From contig CAZLOH010000009.1 in NCBI GenBank assembly GCA_964561105.1, forward strand, positions 22,679-86,678: 64,000 nucleotides of DNA, read 5' to 3'. Under the pieces are notes generated by a model. It saw only the letters and a list, made by a program, of their open reading frames with translations. It was not told where the DNA came from and made no database searches. The DNA is from an uncultured Bifidobacterium sp. (GTDB lineage Bacteria; Verrucomicrobiota; Verrucomicrobiia; Limisphaerales; JADLHS01). Of this stretch, positions 9,029 to 16,664 are shown one piece after another; position 1 is the first letter of the stretch, and the number at the start of each line of letters is the position of its first letter. The position numbers and the translations under genes are program-made.

Positions 9029-9982
9029 TCAGTTCGAAGGATATGGCGACGCGCGGTCGCGACGGCGGGCCAGTTCATTTGCGTAGTGCCGGCCGAGGGT
9101 TGCTTGGTGTTGTTGCATCCATTCGGTCAATTTCACGCTGCCTTGCGGCGGGGCATCCACACAGAGCCGGCTCTCCATCAGGCCTTGAATCTCCTCGCGC
9201 GTGATGACCACATCCTGCAACCACCAACCGAGGACGCGCCCCGCCCAATACCCCGCCGTTGGGGAGACTCCAACAAGGAGACTGCGCGATTTGATAGTGC
9301 GTTTGAGCGCCAAGACCAACTCGCGATACGTAAACGTCTCGGGGCCGATCGCGTTGATGATCTCATTCTCGCGCCGCATGGCGGAGGCGACCGCGAGCGC
9401 CGCGAAGTCATCCACATGGATCGCTTGCAAGCGGTAATCACCGTTGCCGAACATCCCGAAGATCGGCAGATGCCGGAGCGACCAGGCAATGTTGTTGATC
9501 AGAATGTCCTCCCTTCCGAACAGCACGGCGGGTCGCAGGATGCCGTAGGACAAACCGAGCGCTTGCAGCGCGGACTCCAACTCGGCCTTGCCGGAAAAGT
9601 AGGGCAGGCTCGATTTGGCATCCGGGTTCGTAATGCTGACGTGAACAATGCGCTGCACTCCTGCGGCGCGAGCCGCCTCGAAAAGCACCTTGGTGTTGGC
9701 CACGGCGGTATCATGTGAGAAGAGGCGATGATCAAAGCGCACCCAGTAGGTGTTGATCAACACGTCCACGCCCCGAAGTGACTCCCGCAACCGGTCTGGC
9801 GACTTGAAATGAAACGGAAACACCCGGATGCGGTCGCCGAACGGATTGGGCCGATGGGGCGAGTTCGTCAGCGTGATCACCTCGAAATCTTGAGCCAGCA
9901 GGCGTTGCGTGATGTAGCGCCCCGAATAACCGAACGCACCGGTCACAGCAACCTTGAGTCGGGAAGTGGCCGGAGTTTTCAA
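9029..9982 (-). CDS. NAD(P)-binding SDR/NmrA-like epimerase-dehydratase family protein
   Basis: Rossmann motif 'VAVTGAFGYSGRYI'. TTG start overlaps the upstream TGA (TTGA at 9979..9982). Confidence 0.75.
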   Translation of the reverse strand: MKTPATSRLKVAVTGAFGYSGRYITQRLLAQDFEVITLTNSPHRPNPFGDRIRVFPFHFKSPDRLRESLRGVDVLINTYWVRFDHRLFSHDTAVANTKVLFEAARAAGVQRIVHVSITNPDAKSSLPYFSGKAELESALQALGLSYGILRPAVLFGREDILINNIAWSLRHLPIFGMFGNGDYRLQAIHVDDFAALAVASAMRRENEIINAIGPETFTYRELVLALKRTIKSRSLLVGVSPTAGYWAGRVLGWWLQDVVITREEIQGLMESRLCVDAPPQGSVKLTEWMQQHQATLGRHYANELARRRDRASPYPSN

Positions 9983-10944
9983 GCGCGCGACAGGTTTTCG
10001 AGGGCGGACTTGAAGTCTGGAAACTTGAATTCAAACCCGCTGGCCAGCAATCGGCCCGGCACAACACGGCGGCTCTTGAGGATCAATTCGGTCTCCGTGC
10101 GCAGAAAGAACGCGCCGATCTCCAGCATCCACTCGGTGGCCGGCAGGCCAAGTGGCATACCGCAAACCTCGCGGAAGATTTTCATCATTTCCCAATTCGG
10201 CAGCGGGTTTGGCGCGCATTGATTGATCGGTCCGGCCAGGTCGTCGTGTGCGATGATCCATTCAATCGCCCGACAAAAATCGGCGATGTGAATCCACGAG
10301 ACAAACTGATTGCCGCTGCCTTGGCGTCCGCCGAGGCCGAGCTTGGTCAAACGCCGCAGCACGGGGAATACGCTGTTGCGGCCAAGTCCCAGCACCATCG
10401 AAGTGCGCAAAGCGACCTTTCTGGTCCTGGTAGCCGCCGACGTGAGGAGGCCCTGACTTGATTCCGCGAATAAAGCCCGTTCCCAAGCCTGTGCGACCTT
10501 GACCGAAAAGGCATCCTTCGCATCCACCGCCGAATCCATGTCCTGGCTCGACTCGTCATGTGGCTGGCCGAACGTGTGCGTATAGACTGTCGCCGTGCTG
10601 GAATTGAGCCAGACGCGCGGCGGAACTTTGCATTGCGCGATGGCTGCGCCAACGACCCGTGTCGAGTTCACGCGCGAGTCCATGATGTCGCGCCGGTTCT
10701 TCGCAGTGTAACGGCAGTTCACCGAACGCCCGGTGAGGTTTACGACGGCAGTCGCGCCTTCCAATTCTTTCGCCCATTCGCCCAGTACCTTCGCATCCCA
10801 TGCGACTTCGCGAACTGAATCGGAGCGCGTTTTTGGCGTTCGGGTCAAAATGACAACCTCCCAACCCAGCGCGCCAAAGTGTTTCGCCAGTTCACCCCCA
10901 AGAAATCCCGAGCCGCCGGCGAGAATGATTTTGTTTGTGTTCAC
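9979..10944 (-). CDS. TIGR01777/YfcH-like epimerase family protein (SDR plus DUF1731 C-terminus)
   Basis: 'IILAGGSGFLGGEL' Rossmann motif. C-terminal 'KSRRVVPGRLLASGFEFKFPDF' is typical of DUF1731. GTG start. Confidence 0.75.
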   Translation of the reverse strand: MNTNKIILAGGSGFLGGELAKHFGALGWEVVILTRTPKTRSDSVREVAWDAKVLGEWAKELEGATAVVNLTGRSVNCRYTAKNRRDIMDSRVNSTRVVGAAIAQCKVPPRVWLNSSTATVYTHTFGQPHDESSQDMDSAVDAKDAFSVKVAQAWERALFAESSQGLLTSAATRTRKVALRTSMVLGLGRNSVFPVLRRLTKLGLGGRQGSGNQFVSWIHIADFCRAIEWIIAHDDLAGPINQCAPNPLPNWEMMKIFREVCGMPLGLPATEWMLEIGAFFLRTETELILKSRRVVPGRLLASGFEFKFPDFKSALENLSRA

Positions 10945-11095
10945 GGCAGTTCAAAAAAAGCAGTGGTGCGATGCGTCCGACGCTTTGGTTTTGTTGCAGA
11001 CTGTTTGGCCAGGCTGCTGGTTGTCGTGGTGTTGCCAGGAGTTAGCAGCAGTTTCAAGCGCAGCCAAAGGTTTCCGCGTTCGTGCGGGAGAGTAA

Positions 11096-11512
11096 TCATG
11101 GCCGGACTCCTTTCAACGCCGCGCAACCATAAATGAAGGGCAGGGCAGTGAAGACCAGATTGGCGGCGAACAATCCAATGCGGCGCCAGGTGCTGGTCAG
11201 ATACGGTCGCAGATCGAACACAAAAGTTCCGGCGATGAAACGTACCGTCCAGAAGATCGCGAGAAAGCCGCAAGCGGCCCGCGCCAACGGCGTGCCCGAG
11301 GCGAGTTCGTCGGCCAGAAAGAATGTGCCGAGGCCAAAGCTGATCAGACAGAGGCCGATGAAGGTGTAATAAACCCAGAACAGTTGCCGGATGAATTTCG
11401 GCAGTGTGCGGATGTTTTCATCGAGACCGACGACGCGCGGCATTAACAACCCGGCTGCGAGCAGGCCCAAGTAGGTGAGGGCGGCGAGTTTCAGAAGTAG
11501 CGTGATGTTCAT
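11096..11512 (-). CDS. Small integral membrane protein (about 4 TM), function unknown
   Basis: ATG at 11512 ('MNITLLLKLAALTYLGLLAAG'), 8 nt after the upstream stop. Four hydrophobic segments. Confidence 0.6.
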   Translation of the reverse strand: MNITLLLKLAALTYLGLLAAGLLMPRVVGLDENIRTLPKFIRQLFWVYYTFIGLCLISFGLGTFFLADELASGTPLARAACGFLAIFWTVRFIAGTFVFDLRPYLTSTWRRIGLFAANLVFTALPFIYGCAALKGVRP

Positions 11513-11519
11513 GGTGGAT

Positions 11520-12833
11520 TCAGGTTGCACCGATGGTTTGCAACATCGGCAGGATGACATTTTGGACGAAGGTGGGATGAAAGAGCCAATATGCGGGCGC
11601 GGCAGTGAAGCAGAACATGAACAACCAACCGCGCCAACCGTGACCAAGGCCCGAGGCGCGACCAGCACGGCTGCGTTCCATCAAGACACCGATGCCTTGC
11701 AACAGAAAATAGCCGAACGGCAATCCATACCCGCCCCGGGCGGGAAACGAAATTGCGAGTTCGTGGATGACTCCCGAAATGGCAAAGACGCCGAGTGTCG
11801 CCCAGGTGATACCGGCGCGGCGAGCCAGTGGTCGAAAGGTGAGATCGTGAACGAGTTTGTTGAATGCGGTATTCCAGTGTACGCCCCAGAAATCAGCGAG
11901 CGAGGTGGCGGTGGCGGGCGATTGCATCAACGGCTTGGCGGGAACTCCGGCACGTTGCCAGGCGAGAGCGGCAAGGTGAAAAGCGCCGAAGTGTAGAATC
12001 AAGGTGAGGCTGAACATGGCAAGCCAGGCGTTGGCAATGCTGTTGGGCGTGAATGTTGTATGAGCCGCCAGCCAGAGAAGTGCGATTCCAGCAACTAAAC
12101 GAGTCGTCGCAAACAGCCAATCGCGAGGTTTGGGAGTCGTGGCGTGATGGCCGGTCAAAAACAACTTTGCATCCATGCCCGGCCAGGCGAACAGATAGCC
12201 CAGCGTGCGCGTGAGTCCGGCTTGATCAATTGTTGTCCGAGCTCGTCGCCAGGTCAGCCATTTGCAACCGGCAAACATCGCGGTGACAAAGAGCCACATG
12301 AAGATCCAGTTCGGCAAGTGATTACGGAAGGGTAGCGTCGCGATGAGCAGGAGTGGAAGCGGCAGCCAGTCGAGCCACCGATTACGCGCGGTGACCGTGC
12401 AGTTGCCGCTGGCACAATTTCGATTCGCGGCGATGTGGCGATAAACAGCGCGGTAGATCGGCATCATGCCGGGGATGCGACTGAGCAGCCACAGCGGCCA
12501 AAGCCACCAGACGTGGCGGGCAATCTCCATTGCGGCATCGGCGCCGCCAAGTTCGCGTCCGTCGGGAAGTTCCAGAACCATCTCGGTGAAAACCGGGGCG
12601 GGGGTCCTCCCGGGAGCGCCGGCATCTTGCCGGCGTGTTTCTATTTTGGGTAATAACCTGCCGGCGAGACGCCGGCGCTCCCGGGCCTGCAGCGTTGTCA
12701 GTGTAAAACCGTGACCCACCAGCGTCCGTTCCATCCGTTGCGCCCACCCCACACAGAACGCGCACTCGCCGTCGTAACAAACCAAACCGGCGGCGGGTTG
12801 TCTGGCGTTGTTATCTGTTATTTCCGTATTCAC
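11520..12833 (-). CDS. Fusion protein: DCC-type thiol-disulfide oxidoreductase (DUF393) N-domain plus MBOAT_2/wax-synthase-like membrane O-acyltransferase C-domain
   Basis: 'YDGECAFCVGW' (DCC motif). C-terminal 'SLADFWGVHWNTAFNKLVHDL' and 'SGVIHELAISF' (MBOAT_2-like His). GTG start. Confidence 0.7.
   Translation of the reverse strand: MNTEITDNNARQPAAGLVCYDGECAFCVGWAQRMERTLVGHGFTLTTLQARERRRLAGRLLPKIETRRQDAGAPGRTPAPVFTEMVLELPDGRELGGADAAMEIARHVWWLWPLWLLSRIPGMMPIYRAVYRHIAANRNCASGNCTVTARNRWLDWLPLPLLLIATLPFRNHLPNWIFMWLFVTAMFAGCKWLTWRRARTTIDQAGLTRTLGYLFAWPGMDAKLFLTGHHATTPKPRDWLFATTRLVAGIALLWLAAHTTFTPNSIANAWLAMFSLTLILHFGAFHLAALAWQRAGVPAKPLMQSPATATSLADFWGVHWNTAFNKLVHDLTFRPLARRAGITWATLGVFAISGVIHELAISFPARGGYGLPFGYFLLQGIGVLMERSRAGRASGLGHGWRGWLFMFCFTAAPAYWLFHPTFVQNVILPMLQTIGAT
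12609..12685. repeat. REP-like palindromic element embedded in frame in the DCC domain
   Basis: Perfect 15-bp arms: cccgggagcgccggc (12609..12623) and gccggcgctcccggg (12671..12685). The inner arms pair imperfectly around an AT-rich loop. Translates on the coding strand as '...ETRRQDAGAPGRT...'. Confidence 0.85.
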
Positions 12834-12864
12834 AGAAATAGCTCTCGAAATAAAAAGGCGGGAG

Positions 12865-13398
12865 TCACCCGCTGATGCCCAACAGTTTCTTAATCTTGTC
12901 GGCCGCTTTCACAAATCGCGTTAAGGCTCCGGTCGGCCAGAGGCGGATTTGGCCATACCAAGCTGTGGTGGTATCGAAAAAGTCGGCCAGTTCTTTCAGC
13001 TTTTGCTCGGTGTATTCGTCGGTTTCCTTGTCCTTGTGCGCTTCGGTCGCGCAATCGCGCAGCATTGCGACCGTGGGATCAATCTCGCGCTTCTTCCGTT
13101 CGTCCAGCACCACGCGGAACATTTCCCAGACCTCCTTCATGCTCTCGAAATGATCGCGCGAATCACCGAGCACATGGACGCGCTTCACAATACCCCAGCC
13201 CTGAAGTTCCTTGAGGCTGTTGCTGACGTTCGAGCGGGCCACACTGAGGGTTTCCGTGATTTCCTCGGCATGAAGCGGTTTGGGCGAAATAAAAAGCAGG
13301 GCGTGAATTTGGGCCACGGTGCGGTTGATGCCCCAGCGCGTGCCCATCTCGCCCCAGTGGAGGATGAACTTCTGTTGGACTGGACTGAGTGTCGGCAT
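12865..13398 (-). CDS. GbsR/MarR-family winged-helix transcriptional regulator
   Basis: 'WGINRTVAQIHALLFISPKPLHAEEITETLSVARSNVSNSLKELQGWGIV', a typical GbsR-type wHTH. First gene of the minus-strand cluster. Confidence 0.8.
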   Translation of the reverse strand: MPTLSPVQQKFILHWGEMGTRWGINRTVAQIHALLFISPKPLHAEEITETLSVARSNVSNSLKELQGWGIVKRVHVLGDSRDHFESMKEVWEMFRVVLDERKKREIDPTVAMLRDCATEAHKDKETDEYTEQKLKELADFFDTTTAWYGQIRLWPTGALTRFVKAADKIKKLLGISG

Positions 13399-13404
13399 GT
13401 TTCC

Positions 13405-13430
13405 TTAATTTCTGTCTGGACAGAAATTAA
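13405..13430. promoter_or_regulatory. Perfect 12-bp inverted repeat (ttaatttctgtc-tg-gacagaaattaa); candidate GbsR-like operator
   Basis: Starts 7 nt upstream of the gbsR-like ATG, in the divergent intergenic region. An extra half-site 'gtttctgtc' lies at 13442..13450. Confidence 0.6.
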
Positions 13431-13512
13431 AGTCACGGCTGGTTTCTGTCAATCCATTTCTGGGGAGAGAATTAATCTTGAGCCGCAGTCGGGAAGATTG
13501 CATTGATGCGGC

Positions 13513-14931
13513 ATGCAAAGCCATTTTCCATCGGTTTGCGGAGCTATTATTTGCCTAGGGTTGCTGACCGGCCATTCAGGTTGGGCGGCGGAGTCCCTGG
13601 TGACCAATCAGGTGCATGGGGATTTTCATGAGCTGAACGACAATGGCGCGTGGTCATGGTTCATGGATGAGCGGGTGATCGTGGATCAAGACCGGTTGAT
13701 CGTCGGTTCAACGCGGGCGAACGGGGTTTTTCGCGACAAGGACAAGCCGGGTTGGGGCAATGTGGAACTGGCGATCTTGAATCTGAAGACTGGTGCGAAG
13801 CGGGTGGTGGTGCTGCACGAGAAGCTGGAGCAGGACGATCATAATAATCCCGGTTTGCTTGTCCTGCCGGATGGCCGATACCTCGCGGGATATTCCAAAC
13901 ATGGGCAGGAACCGCGCGTTTATTTCCGCATCTCGAAGCGCCCCGGCGATCCATCCGAATGGGAGGCGCGTACTGAATTCGTGACGCCCGGCGTGAAAAT
14001 CGAGGGTGGCGGTTTCGGGCGTGGCGACGTCTTCACTTATTGCAATCCCATCCGGCTTTCGCAGGAGCAGGGGCGGATCTATATGTTCCATCGCAGCGTC
14101 GGCCTCGACCCCAACTATCTTGTCTCGGATGATGCGGCGCGGACGTGGCGATATGGGGGGAAGCTTTACGAAGGATTGGATGGGTACAGTCCCTACACGA
14201 AATACATCTCGAACAATCGCGACACGATCCACTTCGTGGCAACGGAAGATCATCCGCGCAATTTTGACAATAGTCTCTATCACGCCTTCATCCGGGCCGG
14301 AAAAATTTATCGCAGTGATGGGACCGAAGTCGCGCCGCTTTCCACGACGACCAATTGCGCCGTGCATCCGTGGGATTTCACCCGGATCTACCAAGGCGGC
14401 ACGAATAACGTCGCGTGGATGACGGACATCCATCTCGACAAGGAAGAGCGCCCCGTCGTCTTGTTCACAGTGCAGGTGAATGGTGCTGGCTTGCCGCGCG
14501 GGAAAGGCGGCGATGACCATCGGTTCCATTATGCGCGTTGGGACGGGAAGAAATGGACGGAGCGCGAAATCGCTTATGCCGGCAAACGGCTTTATCCCGG
14601 TGAAGACGACTATACGGGCTTGGGCGCGATTGATCCGCAGAATCCGGATGTGGTTTATCTCTCCAGTAATGCCGATCTGAAAACCGGTCAGCCGCTCATC
14701 AGTGCGGCGGATGGCAGGCGGCATCATGAAATCTTCCGCGGCGAAACCAAGGACGGAGGCACGACCTGGACTTGGACGCCGATCACCCAAAACTCGACGA
14801 TGGACAACCTCCGCCCGCTCGTCCCCATCTGGAAGGATACCCGTACGGCCGTGGTCTGGATGCGGGGAACGTATCGCGCCAATCGCGGTGAGTGGGCCAC
14901 CAAGGTGGTGGCGACGGTGCTCAAACCCTGA
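13513..14931 (+). CDS. Secreted BNR/sialidase-fold (BNR-4-like) beta-propeller protein
   Basis: Signal peptide 'SVCGAIICLGLLTGHSGWA'. 'DNGAWSWFMDERVIVD' and repeated 'D.G.tW' motifs. Confidence 0.6.
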   Translation: MQSHFPSVCGAIICLGLLTGHSGWAAESLVTNQVHGDFHELNDNGAWSWFMDERVIVDQDRLIVGSTRANGVFRDKDKPGWGNVELAILNLKTGAKRVVVLHEKLEQDDHNNPGLLVLPDGRYLAGYSKHGQEPRVYFRISKRPGDPSEWEARTEFVTPGVKIEGGGFGRGDVFTYCNPIRLSQEQGRIYMFHRSVGLDPNYLVSDDAARTWRYGGKLYEGLDGYSPYTKYISNNRDTIHFVATEDHPRNFDNSLYHAFIRAGKIYRSDGTEVAPLSTTTNCAVHPWDFTRIYQGGTNNVAWMTDIHLDKEERPVVLFTVQVNGAGLPRGKGGDDHRFHYARWDGKKWTEREIAYAGKRLYPGEDDYTGLGAIDPQNPDVVYLSSNADLKTGQPLISAADGRRHHEIFRGETKDGGTTWTWTPITQNSTMDNLRPLVPIWKDTRTAVVWMRGTYRANRGEWATKVVATVLKP

Positions 14932-15013
14932 GTGCGCCGCCGGGGCTGGTTTTGCGAATTGCTACCGGGCGGTTTTCCCCTATGCTATGCGTCCGCTTTT
15001 AGCGGATGATTTA

Positions 15014-16576
15014 ATGAAACCTCAAGTCGAAATCTACGATACGACTCTGCGCGACGGGGCGCAGGGCGAAGGCATCAACTTCTCGGCCGTGGACAAGCTC
15101 CGCATTGCCGAAAAGCTCGATTCCTTTGGGATTCATTACATTGAAGGCGGCTGGCCGGGGAGCAATCCGAAGGACATGGAGTTCTTCCAACAGGCGGCCA
15201 AACGCAAATGGAAGAACGCGCAGATTGCGGCGTTCAGCATGACGCGGCGCAGAGGTGTGGCCGTGGAGCAAGACGAGTTGATGCGCCTGATTCTCGAAGC
15301 CAAGACGCCGGTCGTGACCATCGTGGGCAAGACGTGGTTATTGCATGTGACTGAAGTGTTGCGCGCCAAGCCGGATGAAAATCTTGCCATGATCGGCGAC
15401 ACGATCCGCTACCTGAAGGATCACGGCAAAAAGGTCATCTACGACGCGGAACACAGCTTTGATGGTTTTGCGGACGAACCCGAATACGCCCTTGCCACGT
15501 GGCAGGCGGCGGAGAAGGCGGGCGCGGATTGCATCGTGCTGTGCGAAACGAACGGCGGGCGGCTGCCGAGTGAAGTCGCGAAGACGGTCGCCTTCGCGAA
15601 GTCTAAATTGAATTGCCGCCTCGGGGTTCACACGCACAACGATTGTGGCTTCGGTGTGGCCAATGCCATCGCGGCGGTGGAAGCGGGCGCGACGCAGGTG
15701 CAGGGGACGATCAACGGGTTTGGCGAGCGCACGGGTAATTGCAATCTCATCAGCGTCATTCCAACGCTGGAATTGAAGATGAAATTGCGCAGTGTGCCGG
15801 TGAAATCGCTGCCGAAGCTCAAGGAACTTTCCGAGTTTGTGAACGAAGTGGCGAACATCCGGCACGACGTGCGGGCGCCGTGGGTGGGGCAGACGGCGTT
15901 TGCGCACAAGGGCGGGATGCACGTTCACGCGATTGACCGCGTGGGCCGCAGTTACGAACACATCAATCCCGAGGCGGTCGGCAATTTCCGCCGCGTGCTG
16001 GTGAGCGACATGTCCGGGCGCACAAACATCCTGATGAAGGCGAAGGAACTCGGTTTCAAGCTCACTCCCGATGCTCCTGAGACTCGTGAAATCACCGCCA
16101 AGGTCAAGGAACTCGAAGCAAGCGGCTATGAATACGAGGCGGCGGAAGCGTCGCTGGCGTTGCTCATCCGCGGCATCCTGGATCACAACCCGGAGTTGTT
16201 GTTCACGGTGGACACGTATCACGTCTCCATGCGCCGCGATAAAAAAGAATCCATCTGTGAAGCCACGGTGCGCGTGCGCGTCGGTGATGAAGTCGCGCAT
16301 ACCGTTGCTGAAGGTGATGGTCCGGTGAATGCGCTGGATGGCGCGCTGCGGCTCGCGCTGCGAAAGTTCTTTCCGAAGTTGAAGAGCATCGAGCTGACCG
16401 ACTACAAGGTCCGCATCATCAACGGCACGACCGGCACGGCCGCCAAGACACGGGTGTTGATCACGTCCAGCGATGGCAAACGCGAATGGGGCACTGTCGG
16501 CGTGAGCGAGAACATCATCGAGGCCAGCTTGCAGGCGCTGGTGGACTCGCTGGAATACGCGTTGTTGAAGAAATGA
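15014..16576 (+). CDS. cimA: (R)-citramalate synthase (LeuA/CimA family)
   Basis: 'VEIYDTTLRDGAQGEGINFS', 'HTHNDCGFGVANAIAAVEAGA', and a C-terminal LeuA-dimer-like regulatory domain. ATG at 15014 gives about 520 aa. The ORF-track N-extension overlaps the previous gene. Confidence 0.85.
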   Translation: MKPQVEIYDTTLRDGAQGEGINFSAVDKLRIAEKLDSFGIHYIEGGWPGSNPKDMEFFQQAAKRKWKNAQIAAFSMTRRRGVAVEQDELMRLILEAKTPVVTIVGKTWLLHVTEVLRAKPDENLAMIGDTIRYLKDHGKKVIYDAEHSFDGFADEPEYALATWQAAEKAGADCIVLCETNGGRLPSEVAKTVAFAKSKLNCRLGVHTHNDCGFGVANAIAAVEAGATQVQGTINGFGERTGNCNLISVIPTLELKMKLRSVPVKSLPKLKELSEFVNEVANIRHDVRAPWVGQTAFAHKGGMHVHAIDRVGRSYEHINPEAVGNFRRVLVSDMSGRTNILMKAKELGFKLTPDAPETREITAKVKELEASGYEYEAAEASLALLIRGILDHNPELLFTVDTYHVSMRRDKKESICEATVRVRVGDEVAHTVAEGDGPVNALDGALRLALRKFFPKLKSIELTDYKVRIINGTTGTAAKTRVLITSSDGKREWGTVGVSENIIEASLQALVDSLEYALLKK

Positions 16577-16581
16577 TTCTC

Positions 16582-16657
16582 AACGCAAAGCCGCAAAGCC
16601 GCAAAGATGCCACGAAAGAGTATTTTTGCGTCCTTCGCGCCTTTGCGTCTTTGCGTT
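16582..16657. repeat. REP-like hairpin built from tandem 8-mers (cgcaaagc x3 against ctttgcgt x2)
   Basis: Terminal 9-bp perfect stem aacgcaaag (16582..16590) / ctttgcgtt (16649..16657), with imperfect inner pairing. Lies between the cimA stop and the valS ATG and ends 7 nt before the ATG. Confidence 0.7.
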
Positions 16658-16664
16658 AATTGTC

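Noticed and set aside
14702-15013. N-terminal extension of the citramalate synthase ORF, overlapping the BNR gene by 230 nt.
   Set aside because: The extension is Arg/Pro/Trp-rich junk in the +1 frame of the BNR gene. The conserved CimA N-terminus 'MKPQVEIYDTTLRDG' begins at the ATG at 15014.
16577-16664. Possible T-box or other leader riboswitch upstream of valS.
   Set aside because: The region is only 88 nt and consists of a simple octamer-repeat hairpin. There is no specifier loop or T-box sequence, and T-box leaders are much longer.
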